This document shows positions 18,630 to 28,252 of a stretch of 64,000 nucleotides of DNA, one piece after another. Every line of letters starts with the position of its first letter. The first letter of the stretch is position 1. Where the stretch lies: the NCBI GenBank assembly GCA_005400705.1, contig GCA_005400705.1_4079.1; one strand, written 5' to 3'. The notes under the pieces were generated by a model. That model made no database searches. It was not told where the DNA came from and saw only the letters and a program-made list of their open reading frames with translations. The DNA comes from Escherichia coli (lineage in GTDB: Bacteria > Pseudomonadota > Gammaproteobacteria > Enterobacterales > Enterobacteriaceae). The translations under genes and the position numbers were made by a program.

Positions 18630-18640
18630 CTATATGAAAA

Positions 18641-18850
18641 TTAGTGCTTCTCGTTTTGTTTTTTAATTTTTTTATTAAAAGACTTAACTAATAAGTCTCT
18701 ATCTATTAATGGCATATTAAGGAGTGTTCCATAGTCAATGTTATCCATATATACAGAACATTCCATTAGTGCATTTTTGATTTCTGACTTATTCAGTTCT
18801 ATCTCCTTCAGTACTTCTTGTATTTCTTCAGGAGATGACTGGAGAAGCAT
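18641..18850 (-). CDS. hypothetical small late protein
   Basis: 69-aa ORF overlapping upstream gene stop by 1 nt (translational coupling). Confidence 0.45.
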   Translation of the reverse strand: MLLQSSPEEIQEVLKEIELNKSEIKNALMECSVYMDNIDYGTLLNMPLIDRDLLVKSFNKKIKKQNEKH

Positions 18851-19686
18851 TACTCGAAAAAATGACTAGGATCATATTTTAGTCCATCAATTTCCCATTG
18901 ATGATTACATCCATCACATTCTACTTCCATACTATGAGATACACCAATTTCAAGTACTTCATCCATTTTTTCACGAATTAGTTTAAGTACTCCCTTCGAT
19001 TGTTGTCCAAGCCATTCATTAATAAATTCTTTTTCAACTACTTCATCACCATCTGGTGTTATAATTTTTGCAATAACTCCACCAATCATATCGAAGTTAA
19101 GTTGAGCCATGTTTTCAAATACTTCAGAAAATATTTTTACTTTTTCATCTTTATCAATATCAGCAGTTTCAAGAAACTTAGTCTTCTGCTGCTCACTGAA
19201 CATGCGTTCAGCAAACGATGAATATTCTTTCCATGTCAGTGGTCTAAATTCTAAACGTAGTCCATTATCTAAATCAATTGATGGGATTTCTTCAAATGCT
19301 TGTGCAGTTTCAAGAAGATATGATAGATTACGTTCAAATCGACCTTCTTTTTCACATTCAGGACATACAACGTTAATATCATATGTTTCTTCTTTAGAAG
19401 CAACTTTAATAGCAATAAGAAGCATTTCAACGTCATTTACATACAACTCATCAGCGTCAATTACATTAGGAACACAGTTTTCAATAACACGGGATACTGC
19501 ATCTCCGTTTAGTAACATATCGGGGGTATTAAGTGTCATTTCATCACGTGCACTACGTGCACAAACTCCACATTTGACACCTTTTGGACCTAGAACTCCT
19601 TCTTTATAAGGAATAACGCCGTTTGTAACTAACTTAGTACTGATCTCTTCAATTTTAGTGTACTTAGCAAGTGGATTCATAGCCAT
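18850..19686 (-). CDS. hypothetical Cys-rich (putative zinc-binding) late protein
   Basis: 278 aa with CGVC, CPEC, CDGC motifs; GGAGA RBS; late-promoter element upstream. Confidence 0.55.
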   Translation of the reverse strand: MAMNPLAKYTKIEEISTKLVTNGVIPYKEGVLGPKGVKCGVCARSARDEMTLNTPDMLLNGDAVSRVIENCVPNVIDADELYVNDVEMLLIAIKVASKEETYDINVVCPECEKEGRFERNLSYLLETAQAFEEIPSIDLDNGLRLEFRPLTWKEYSSFAERMFSEQQKTKFLETADIDKDEKVKIFSEVFENMAQLNFDMIGGVIAKIITPDGDEVVEKEFINEWLGQQSKGVLKLIREKMDEVLEIGVSHSMEVECDGCNHQWEIDGLKYDPSHFFE

Positions 19687-19720
19687 TTTATTAAATCTCC
19701 ATGTAATAAATGTGTTTTAG

Positions 19721-19728
19721 TATTTATA
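19721..19728 (-). promoter_or_regulatory. T4-type late promoter TATAAATA for minus-strand gene starting at 19686
   Basis: plus tatttata in divergent intergenic region. Confidence 0.5.
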
Positions 19729-19816
19729 AGACTAAAAAAGATTAAATTAAACTAATTTTTATATTCTCTATAGTTTCATAAATATTTCTATAATACATCT
19801 ATTAAAAGGGAATGTT

Positions 19817-22021
19817 ATGGCTGGAAATACAAGTGATTACCTACTCCAGCAGTTGGTTAATCAAACTAAAGATAACAACGATAGTTTGAGTGCTATTCGT
19901 GAGTTATTGGCTGAAAATATAAAAAATGATAGAAAGAAATCCGGTTCTAAAAGTGGAAAACGTAATGGAAGTAATTCATCAAGTACTGGAAACCGTGGCT
20001 CTCGAACAAATAACAAAGCTGATGATGGTAAAGAATTTGGAAAAATATTCAAATCATTATCATCTGAAGTATCGAATGTCGGCAAAACTATGATGAGTAC
20101 GTCTGCAAACGTTAGCAATGTTGTAAACTCACTAGGAATGAGTGCATCTTCATTTGCTGGTTCATTAGCAATGATCCCAGGTCCAGTTGGTGCAGCAGCA
20201 TCTGCATTCAAATTGGTTGCTGACGCTGGTTTAGCAGTTTATAATGTGTTAAATGCACAGCTTGAAGTTTATAATAGAATAAACAGTGCTGGTGTCGCTC
20301 TATCTGAAGGTTACGGCTCCATATTAAAAGGTGCTGGTGCATCAATGATGAGTATTGATGCATTTGGTGAAGCATTACAAACTCATAGTGCCGTTGTTGC
20401 ACAATTAGATGGTGCATATGGTGATGGTGTTTCTACATTTGGTAAATTATTGGGTACTGTGCAACAAGCACAAAATCAATTAGGTTTATATGGTGTTTCT
20501 CAAAAAACATTAACTGATTTAACTGCACGTAATATTAAATTCCAAAAGCAATTTGGTGGAAGAGAAATGTTACGTAGTATGGATCAAGCAAAAAGTACTG
20601 AACAGTTTATCATGAGTATGACTAAGTTTAGTAAAAGTATGGGTGAGTCAGTTGATGCACTATTAAATAAAACACAAAACTTAGATAAATCATTAGACAC
20701 ACGTTCAATGCAAATCGCATTACAAAACTATTCTGGATTATCTAGTAAAGCAGCAGTTGCAACATCAAAAGCATTTAACGAAGCTGCTGCCAGTATGGGT
20801 GATGCTGGTGCAGATTTTCTACGTTTAATTTCACATCGTTTAACTATTGGTGGAGTACCAGATGATTTATTGACTCCAGTACTGAACCAATTTGCTGATT
20901 TAGGTGAGAACTTGGTACGTAGTGGTGTTACTGATTCACAAGAAATTCGCCGTCAACAATTGGAATTTGTTAAAAAGAACAAAGAACTAATAAAGCAAGA
21001 TTTATTAAATCAGATACAATTAGGAAACACTACGGCAGCAACCTTCAACCAACAACTACTTGATATGGAAGCTGCGATTAATGATCCTAAGAGTCAACCA
21101 GCAGATAAACTAACACAATTCACTGATAGATTCAATAGATGGATTAGTAAAGAATTTACTGAACCATTTAATAAAATGTATGCAGATACACAAAATTCTA
21201 TTGCGGATTACCTTACTGATATTGCAGACCGTACTGATGGTGCATGGGAATTCATCGGAGAGTTAGCACTTGATGGTTTTGGTTTGGTTCCTATTGCGAA
21301 AGATGCAGTTGCGTATTTGGATAGGATTGGTGGTGAGTTTGAGCAGTGGTTAGAAGGGTTAGGTACTGAAATTTTTGGTAGTGGATATAATAAAGTTTCA
21401 GAAGCATTTGATAGCTTTATGAATAACCTAATGGATCTTCCTGGTAAACTTTGGGATTCTGTTAAAGGTTGGTTTGGTGGTTCAGACGACAAAGTAAAAG
21501 TAGAAAACAATTCTGTTACCGATGGTGCAGAAAAAGTTAATAATTATTTTGAAGAAAAAATGAATTCATTTGGTGATTATATTTCTAGTTCATTTGATGG
21601 TTTTTTAAAATGGAATTCAAGTAGAAACTTTAAACAACCAAAACCCCTTGATGAATCAGTTGCTGAAAAACTTATTAGTAGTGGTCTTGAAAATAAGCCA
21701 AGAGCAACTGCGAGAATCGAAAAATCTGAACATGTTGCACCATATGTTACCATAACTCCAAAAACTTTTGATAAATCAGCATGGGGTCCAAATGAACCAC
21801 CAATTCAAGCTGAACCGGACGATTATGAGGCCATGAAAGCGATGATAAATAGTGGTAGTAGTATGGCAAATGCTAATAATAATGCCACAATATCAGAAGA
21901 CATGAAAGAGTTACTTAAAAAACTTGCTGATGTTAATGAGCAATCTCTATCTGCTGTGCAACAGACAAATAACTATCTAAGAACTATCTCTGAAAACACT
22001 CAAGGTGAGAGAAACAGTTAA
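19817..22021 (+). CDS. large hypothetical protein with N-terminal basic Gly/Ser/Asn-rich low-complexity segment; possible virion protein
   Basis: 734-aa ORF immediately upstream of portal gene; TATAAT at about 19789-19794; no catalytic motif recognised. Confidence 0.55.
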   Translation: MAGNTSDYLLQQLVNQTKDNNDSLSAIRELLAENIKNDRKKSGSKSGKRNGSNSSSTGNRGSRTNNKADDGKEFGKIFKSLSSEVSNVGKTMMSTSANVSNVVNSLGMSASSFAGSLAMIPGPVGAAASAFKLVADAGLAVYNVLNAQLEVYNRINSAGVALSEGYGSILKGAGASMMSIDAFGEALQTHSAVVAQLDGAYGDGVSTFGKLLGTVQQAQNQLGLYGVSQKTLTDLTARNIKFQKQFGGREMLRSMDQAKSTEQFIMSMTKFSKSMGESVDALLNKTQNLDKSLDTRSMQIALQNYSGLSSKAAVATSKAFNEAAASMGDAGADFLRLISHRLTIGGVPDDLLTPVLNQFADLGENLVRSGVTDSQEIRRQQLEFVKKNKELIKQDLLNQIQLGNTTAATFNQQLLDMEAAINDPKSQPADKLTQFTDRFNRWISKEFTEPFNKMYADTQNSIADYLTDIADRTDGAWEFIGELALDGFGLVPIAKDAVAYLDRIGGEFEQWLEGLGTEIFGSGYNKVSEAFDSFMNNLMDLPGKLWDSVKGWFGGSDDKVKVENNSVTDGAEKVNNYFEEKMNSFGDYISSSFDGFLKWNSSRNFKQPKPLDESVAEKLISSGLENKPRATARIEKSEHVAPYVTITPKTFDKSAWGPNEPPIQAEPDDYEAMKAMINSGSSMANANNNATISEDMKELLKKLADVNEQSLSAVQQTNNYLRTISENTQGERNS

Positions 22022-22032
22022 GGACGAAAATA

Positions 22033-23772
22033 ATGAGTTGGAAACGACATATGACAGTGGGAAGGTCTAAACTATCGACCATCCCAAATCAGTCCAGTAA
22101 TAGCAATAAATCAACAGGAACGAAAACAAATTTCGCTTCCTATCTTCCTGTTGTATATAATGGATTGGCAAACCGTACTGAGCGTTATAGTCAGTATGAG
22201 CAAATGGACCAAGATCCTGAAATTAGAACTGCATTGAATATAATTGCTGACTTTTGTACCCAAAGTACTGAAGATTTTGGTTTACCATATAAAATCAAAT
22301 ATAAAGATGATATTGGTGATACTGAAGTAACGACTATTGAAGATCGTTTAGATGCATGGACTGAACAAAATGATTTTAAAACACGAATGTATGAAATTGT
22401 GCGTGGTCTTCTGAAATATGGTGATCAATTTTTCATTCGAGATCCAGAAACATTCGATTGGTATTGGGTAAGTCCCAAAAATGTTGAGCAAGTATTTGTT
22501 AACGAAGCCACTGGTAAAACACCAGTAATTTATTATATACGTGACGTATCATTAAATTTGAAAGATAAAGTTTTTAGTAACCTTCAAGTAGGATTTGATA
22601 AAACCGCTTATCCAGGAGCTATTCCGACAACAATGGGTGGTGGTGGTTCAGTAGCTGCGGGTGGTGCATCTGGTTTTACAAGTCAAGGAAATACTGCTGA
22701 TCCATTCAGTACTAACGGTCAATTAGACGTTATTCCTGTTGGTGCAGAACACGTAATTCATCTAACGCTAAATACAGGACAAGATGGGGTATGGCCTTTT
22801 GGTACTAGTATACTTGAGGACGTATTTAAAGTCTATAAGCAAAAAGAACTTCTGGAAGATAGTATCATAATTTATCGTGTACAACGTGCACCTGAGCGTC
22901 GTGTATTTAAAATTGATGTTGGTGATATGCAAGCACACCAAGCAATGGCTTATGTTGAAAGATTTAAAAATGAAATCCACCAGCGTAGAATACCTTCAAA
23001 CAAAGGTGGAAGTACTTCATTAATGGATGCAGCATATAATCCATTAAGCATTTTAGAAGACTACTTTTTCCCACAAACTTCTGAAGGTCGTGGTTCAGAT
23101 GTTCAAACATTACCAGGCGGTGATAACTTAGGACAAATTGATGACTTACGTTATTTCAATAATAAATTGATTCGTGGTCTTCAAATACCAGCTTCTTATC
23201 TACCACAAGGTCCAGATGATGGTGGTGTTTCATTATTTGGTGATGGTGCTACACAAGCTATGGCAAGTGAATTGCGATTCAATAATCAATGTATGCGTTA
23301 TCAACGTTTAGTTGCAAAACATTTTGATGCTGAATTCAAAAGATTTATGGTTAAAAATGGATATAACATTAGTACTTCATCTTTTGAAGTTATTATGAAT
23401 CCACCTATTAACTTAGCTTCTTATCGTAAAGCTGAACTAGATGCTAAACTAATTAATACATATCTTCCTCTTAATGACTTGCCTTATATGGCGAAACAAA
23501 CAATTCTTGAAAAAATGGGCTTTTCTAAAGCTGATATTGTTAAGAATGAACAAATGTGGTTACAAGAGAATCCACAAGATGGTTCCCAACCTTCTGGTGG
23601 TGAAGAAGATTCCGCAGGATTACAGTCTGTTGGTATTGATGCTCCAAATGATCCTGGAATGGATCTTGGTATTGATGGAGAAGGTAATTTGGAAAGTGCT
23701 GATGCCGAATACCAAGAGCAACAGAGTGGAAGTGGTGGTTTCAACCCTAATAATTTAGGCAATTCTTTTTAA
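22033..23772 (+). CDS. gp20: portal protein (gp20-like)
   Basis: 579 aa; IIYRVQRAPERRVFKIDVGDM resembles recalled T4 gp20 core motif; upstream of protease/scaffold/MCP. Confidence 0.85.
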   Translation: MSWKRHMTVGRSKLSTIPNQSSNSNKSTGTKTNFASYLPVVYNGLANRTERYSQYEQMDQDPEIRTALNIIADFCTQSTEDFGLPYKIKYKDDIGDTEVTTIEDRLDAWTEQNDFKTRMYEIVRGLLKYGDQFFIRDPETFDWYWVSPKNVEQVFVNEATGKTPVIYYIRDVSLNLKDKVFSNLQVGFDKTAYPGAIPTTMGGGGSVAAGGASGFTSQGNTADPFSTNGQLDVIPVGAEHVIHLTLNTGQDGVWPFGTSILEDVFKVYKQKELLEDSIIIYRVQRAPERRVFKIDVGDMQAHQAMAYVERFKNEIHQRRIPSNKGGSTSLMDAAYNPLSILEDYFFPQTSEGRGSDVQTLPGGDNLGQIDDLRYFNNKLIRGLQIPASYLPQGPDDGGVSLFGDGATQAMASELRFNNQCMRYQRLVAKHFDAEFKRFMVKNGYNISTSSFEVIMNPPINLASYRKAELDAKLINTYLPLNDLPYMAKQTILEKMGFSKADIVKNEQMWLQENPQDGSQPSGGEEDSAGLQSVGIDAPNDPGMDLGIDGEGNLESADAEYQEQQSGSGGFNPNNLGNSF

Positions 23773-23845
23773 ACATAAATAACAGTGTATAAGAATGAGG
23801 GTTTATTTTTACCCTCATTTATAATGCATATTTCAAGGAGATCAA

Positions 23846-24073
23846 ATGTTAAAGGACATCTTTGAATCTAGCAGTGATTCAATGTACGACCCTGAAGATG
23901 ATCAGAACGTATATAAAATTACTGATTCCAGAAAACCGAAACTAACATTACAAGTATTAAACAACTTAAGAAAGTACCGTGAATTTAAAGCACATGAAGA
24001 ACAACGCCGCAAAAATGTGGTTGCAGTTGTTTATGCCGCTGCACCAACAGGTGACGGTTCTGGGTTAATGTAA
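23846..24073 (+). CDS. hypothetical small protein
   Basis: 75-aa ORF with AAGGAG RBS between portal and acidic protein genes. Confidence 0.4.
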   Translation: MLKDIFESSSDSMYDPEDDQNVYKITDSRKPKLTLQVLNNLRKYREFKAHEEQRRKNVVAVVYAAAPTGDGSGLM

Positions 24074-24174
24074 ATCAAAAATCGCACTTTTTAAAGCTTT
24101 TAAAAAAGGCGATTTTATTCAGTACTAAATAATATCATACTTTATACGAATGTAATATATCTATGGAGGATATA

Positions 24175-25011
24175 ATGGCGAATTTAAAACTACTACAAGA
24201 AGCAATTGCGGCGTTTGCAAATGGCGAACAAGATATTGCTGATAAAAAAATGCGTAAGTATTTCGTTGAGCAAGCTCAAGAAATTAACAAACAACTAGAA
24301 GAAAGCATGGAAGATGAAGATTGTGAAGTCGAAGTTAAAGTCAAAGATGAAGAAAAGCTTGACGAAGATTTTGATGTACAACCAGACGAAGGTCTAAATG
24401 CTGAAATCGAATACACCCTTGGTGAAGAAGATGAAAGTGCAGAAGAAGAAGTTGAATTCTCTGCTGATGAAGATGGTGACGGTGAAGACGATGTTGACGT
24501 TGAAGTGAAAGCTGATGCTGATGTTCCTTCCGAAGACCAATGGGAATCAATCCAAGATGCTTTCCGTGGCCTACAACAAATGTTTGATGAAATCGGTGAC
24601 GGTGAAGTTGATCTAGATTCTGAAGAAGAAGTAGAAGATAGCGAAGAAGAAGTTGGCGTTGACGGTGACGACGAATTTGCTGATGTTGAATTCGGTGATG
24701 AAAAATTCGGTGAATCCTTCAAACTAGAAAAAGTTGCTCCAGTTGATAAGAAAGAAAAAGCTGGCACTCATTCCAAATCTCCAGTAGCACCAGAAGCTAA
24801 ATCTCCAGTAGCAGGAGCAGAGCCAGTTAAATTCGCTAAGAAAACTGACCAAGCACCACTACTAGACCTAGATGATAAATCTGTTCTACCAAAAGATAGT
24901 CTAGATCTTGGTAAAAATGCTCGCGGTGAAATGAAAGATGTTAAAGCACCAAAAACTACTGCATCTAATTCTAAATCACCACTAAGCAAAGCACAACCTA
25001 AACTAAAATAA
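24175..25011 (+). CDS. highly acidic protein, possible prohead core/internal protein
   Basis: Asp/Glu-rich repeats; start set at ATG 24175 after GGAGGA; position between portal and prohead protease. Confidence 0.5.
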   Translation: MANLKLLQEAIAAFANGEQDIADKKMRKYFVEQAQEINKQLEESMEDEDCEVEVKVKDEEKLDEDFDVQPDEGLNAEIEYTLGEEDESAEEEVEFSADEDGDGEDDVDVEVKADADVPSEDQWESIQDAFRGLQQMFDEIGDGEVDLDSEEEVEDSEEEVGVDGDDEFADVEFGDEKFGESFKLEKVAPVDKKEKAGTHSKSPVAPEAKSPVAGAEPVKFAKKTDQAPLLDLDDKSVLPKDSLDLGKNARGEMKDVKAPKTTASNSKSPLSKAQPKLK

Positions 25012-25031
25012 ATATCTGAAAGGAGATCATT

Positions 25032-25655
25032 ATGAGTAGTATGATTCGTGAATGGTCTTCATTCAATGATTCTAAAGTTGTTTTGGAACATCGTGATAAT
25101 GGATTTGGTGGGCGTGACTGCTATCTTCGTGGTATTGCTATTCAAGCCGACCAACGAAATTTGAACGAGAGAATTTACCCTTTATCTGAAATTACAAGGG
25201 CAGTAAATAACATGAACCAGCGTTTAGCTAAAGGTGAAAGCATTCTTGTTGAATGTGACCATCCAGAAACACTAACTATTAACCTAGACCGAGTAGCAGC
25301 AATGATTACTAAGGTTTGGATGGAAGGTGCTAATGGTATGGCAGAAATCAAACTACTTGATACTGCACATGGTCAAAATATCCGTAAAATGCTAGAGGCT
25401 GGTGTAAAACTTGGTGTAAGTTCTCGCGGTTCCGGTAACGTTGATTATAATGGAATAGTTTCTGATTTTGAAATTATCACTATTGATATTGTTGCTCAAC
25501 CTAGTGCTCCAGAAGCATACCCAACAGCGGTATTTGAATCTCTGATGAGTAAGTACGGATCACCTTGTAATAGTTCTAAAAAAATCACTGAATCTAAAAA
25601 AGTAAATAATTTAGATTCTGAAATATACGATTTTTTCAAGAAATTAAAAGGTTAA
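25032..25655 (+). CDS. gp21: prohead core protease (gp21-like)
   Basis: 207 aa; NERIYP and GVSSRGSGN resemble recalled T4 gp21 motifs; AGGAG RBS. Confidence 0.8.
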   Translation: MSSMIREWSSFNDSKVVLEHRDNGFGGRDCYLRGIAIQADQRNLNERIYPLSEITRAVNNMNQRLAKGESILVECDHPETLTINLDRVAAMITKVWMEGANGMAEIKLLDTAHGQNIRKMLEAGVKLGVSSRGSGNVDYNGIVSDFEIITIDIVAQPSAPEAYPTAVFESLMSKYGSPCNSSKKITESKKVNNLDSEIYDFFKKLKG

Positions 25656-25721
25656 CATTTTAAAAATATAAATATCTGTATGTTGAAGTACAGATATTTC
25701 AGTACTTAAAGGAGAGAACGA

Positions 25722-26837
25722 ATGTCTAAATTAGAAAAGCTTCTAAAAGAATCATCTCTTTCTGATGAGGCAAAACAGCTAATTCAGGAAGCATGGAATG
25801 AAGAAAAGAATACACTAGCCGCAGAGATGCGTGAAGAAATGAAAGGCCGTTATCAGCAAGATTTGGCTGAACTAACCGAAGGTTTGAACACTATGGTTAC
25901 TCAAGTCATTGCTGAAGAAATGGGTGCTGTATATGAAGAGAAAAAACGTCTCGTTGAAGATCGTGTAACTCTACGTAAAACACTAAGCAATTTCTCTGCG
26001 TTTTCAAACTCTGTTTTGGCTGAAGAAGTTAAACAAATGCGTAAAGAACGTAAGCATCTTCATGAATGCATGGGTAAATTCGTTAATTTTTCTAACGGTA
26101 TCCTAGCAGAAGAGCTAAAAGAATTCCACACTGAAAAACGTCAACTAGTTGAAACTCGCGTTAAACTACTTGCTGAAGGTTCACGTCAAATTGCTGAAGC
26201 TCGTAATAACTTCATCAAACGTACATCTGAAAGTGCTGCTAAATATATTGCAGAAACCACTCAGAAGAATCTATATGCGTTGAAACAAGATCTAGTGGAA
26301 GCAAAACAAAATATGTTTGGTCGTAAAATCTTTGAAGCATTTGCTCAAGAGTTTAATGTCAAACAATTTAATGAAAACTCATTGCTACGTTCCCTAACTG
26401 AATCAATTAAATCTAAAGAAGATGAAATTGCTCAAGTTAAGCAAGAACTACATGAAACTGCTAATGCGGTTAAAGCTGCTAAAACCAAACTACGTATTAT
26501 GGAAGATGCACAAGCACGTAATGCGATTATGTCTGAACTAGTAAAACCACTAACTGCACAGCAAAAACAAATTATGGAATCTCTTCTAGCTACTTCACCT
26601 ACTGAAAAGCTTAAAGAAGATTTCAGCAAGTACCATAAGTCAGTACTTAACGGTACTAAAGTAAATGAATCTGCTACCACTCGTCAAGCAGTTCAGTCTT
26701 CCGCTAAGAAAACTCTTGCAGAAGGTAAAGTAATCACTGGCAACCGTCAGGCTATTGTTGAAAGCGAAGAAATGACCGCTGACGATATGGCATTCCTAAA
26801 AGAACTCGATGTTCTTTCAGGTATCAATAAAAAATAA
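25722..26837 (+). CDS. gp22: prohead scaffolding protein (gp22-like), coiled-coil rich
   Basis: 371 aa, heptad-rich E/K/L/A composition; TATAAATA at 25667-25674; position protease-scaffold-MCP. Confidence 0.65.
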   Translation: MSKLEKLLKESSLSDEAKQLIQEAWNEEKNTLAAEMREEMKGRYQQDLAELTEGLNTMVTQVIAEEMGAVYEEKKRLVEDRVTLRKTLSNFSAFSNSVLAEEVKQMRKERKHLHECMGKFVNFSNGILAEELKEFHTEKRQLVETRVKLLAEGSRQIAEARNNFIKRTSESAAKYIAETTQKNLYALKQDLVEAKQNMFGRKIFEAFAQEFNVKQFNENSLLRSLTESIKSKEDEIAQVKQELHETANAVKAAKTKLRIMEDAQARNAIMSELVKPLTAQQKQIMESLLATSPTEKLKEDFSKYHKSVLNGTKVNESATTRQAVQSSAKKTLAEGKVITGNRQAIVESEEMTADDMAFLKELDVLSGINKK

Positions 26838-26928
26838 ACATTTTAAAGCATTTTAATAATCAAATTTTTCAGTTCTATAAATAATATCATACTGAAAAAC
26901 GAATATAACATCTTTAAGGAGATATATA

Positions 26929-28104
26929 ATGTCACAACTACTAAATGAATCCAAATGGGTAGCAGTAAAAGAGAAACTAGTTGAAGGTCTACAGGGTACT
27001 CGTAAGTCTGTAATGGAAACTGTTCTTGATAACCATCGTAAAGTTATGCTAACTGAATCCGCAACTTCTGGTGCAACTACCGCTGGTAACATCGCTACTC
27101 TAAACAAAGTGATTCTACCAATTATGCGTCGTGTAATGCCAACCGTTATTGCTAACGAAATCATCGGTGTTCAACCTATGACTGGTCCAGTTGGTCAGAT
27201 CCACACCCTACGTGTACAATATGCTGATAACGCACCTGGTGTAATCGCTGGTGAAGAAATGCTTTCTCCATACAAAATCGCTAAATCTTACTCTGGTGAT
27301 CTAAATGCGGATAATAGCAACCCACAAGCTGCTCCTACTAGCCAACTAGAAGGTACTATGGGTCGTCGCGTTAACATCCGTATTCTACGTGAAACTGTTG
27401 AAGCGAAATCTCGTCGTCTATCTGCACGTTGGACTGTTGAATCTGCACAAGATGCTCAATCCCAACATGGTGTTGACGTTGAAGCAGAACTAATGGCTGC
27501 AATCGCTCAAGAAGTTACTGTAGAAATCGACCAAGAGCTACTAAGCCGTCTACGTGCACTACCTGGTGCTGCTGCTGTAACTTATGACCAATCTAAAGTT
27601 ACTGGTGTTGCAACCTTCGTTGGTGATGAGCACGCTGCTCTAGCTACTCTAATTAACCGTCAAGCAAACGAAGTTGCTCGTCGTACTAAGCGTGGTGCTG
27701 CAAACTGGGCTGTTGTTTCCCCAACTGCACTAACCATTCTACAATCTGCTACTACTTCTAGCTTTGCACGTACCACTGAAGGTACTTTTGAAGCACCAAC
27801 TAACGTTAAGTTTGTAGGTACTCTAAACAGCACTATGCGTATTTTCGTTGATACCTATGCTAGTGATGCAGAAGATATTCTAATTGGTTATAAAGGTAAT
27901 GCGGAAACTGATGCTGGTGTATTCTATTGCCCATACATCCCACTAATGGCTTCTGGTACTGTAATGGACCCTAACACTGGTGAACTCGTGACCACATTTT
28001 TAACACGCTATGGCTACGTTCAGCTAACCGACAGTACTTCATCTCTTGGTAACGCTGCTGACTACTACAGCAAAATCGCTATCAAAAACGTTACTTTCAT
28101 GTAA
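26929..28104 (+). CDS. gp23: major capsid protein (gp23/gp24 family)
   Basis: 391 aa; IANEIIGVQPMTGPVGQIHTLR, RETVEAKSRRLSA, DAGVFYCPYIPL resemble conserved gp23 segments as recalled; TATAAATA at 26876-26883, AAGGAG RBS. Confidence 0.85.
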   Translation: MSQLLNESKWVAVKEKLVEGLQGTRKSVMETVLDNHRKVMLTESATSGATTAGNIATLNKVILPIMRRVMPTVIANEIIGVQPMTGPVGQIHTLRVQYADNAPGVIAGEEMLSPYKIAKSYSGDLNADNSNPQAAPTSQLEGTMGRRVNIRILRETVEAKSRRLSARWTVESAQDAQSQHGVDVEAELMAAIAQEVTVEIDQELLSRLRALPGAAAVTYDQSKVTGVATFVGDEHAALATLINRQANEVARRTKRGAANWAVVSPTALTILQSATTSSFARTTEGTFEAPTNVKFVGTLNSTMRIFVDTYASDAEDILIGYKGNAETDAGVFYCPYIPLMASGTVMDPNTGELVTTFLTRYGYVQLTDSTSSLGNAADYYSKIAIKNVTFM

Positions 28105-28148
28105 TTATAAACGATTTAAAAGATTTAATCAAGAATATAAAAACAATA

Positions 28149-28176
28149 GGGACTCTTCGGAGTCCCTTTTCTTTTG
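28149..28176 (+). terminator. rho-independent terminator after major capsid gene
   Basis: GGGACTC-ttcg-GAGTCCC followed by TTTTCTTTTG. Confidence 0.7.
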
Positions 28177-28190
28177 TGTTAAAAAAATGC

Positions 28191-28219
28191 TTGACAGAAT
28201 ATTTTTAATTATATATAAT
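28191..28219 (+). promoter_or_regulatory. consensus sigma70-type promoter (TTGACA-N17-TATAAT)
   Basis: TTGACA 28191-28196, 17-nt spacer, TATAAT 28214-28219; lies inside the track ORF 28046-29341, so the real start must be downstream. Confidence 0.65.
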
Positions 28220-28252
28220 TATCAAATCGAAACCAAGTTGAGTAAATTGAAA

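Noticed and set aside
17930-18640. tRNA genes in the long intergenic region (T4-like phages often carry tRNA clusters)
   Set aside because: GTTC-containing segments (around 18015 on plus, 18064 on minus) do not give a 5-bp T-stem, acceptor stem or D/anticodon arms on hand folding; not claimed without tRNAscan-SE
28046-28252. N-terminal extension of the nuclease gene as given in the ORF track (start 28046)
   Set aside because: It would overlap the capsid gene stop and contain that gene's terminator and a consensus promoter; true start must lie downstream of the promoter
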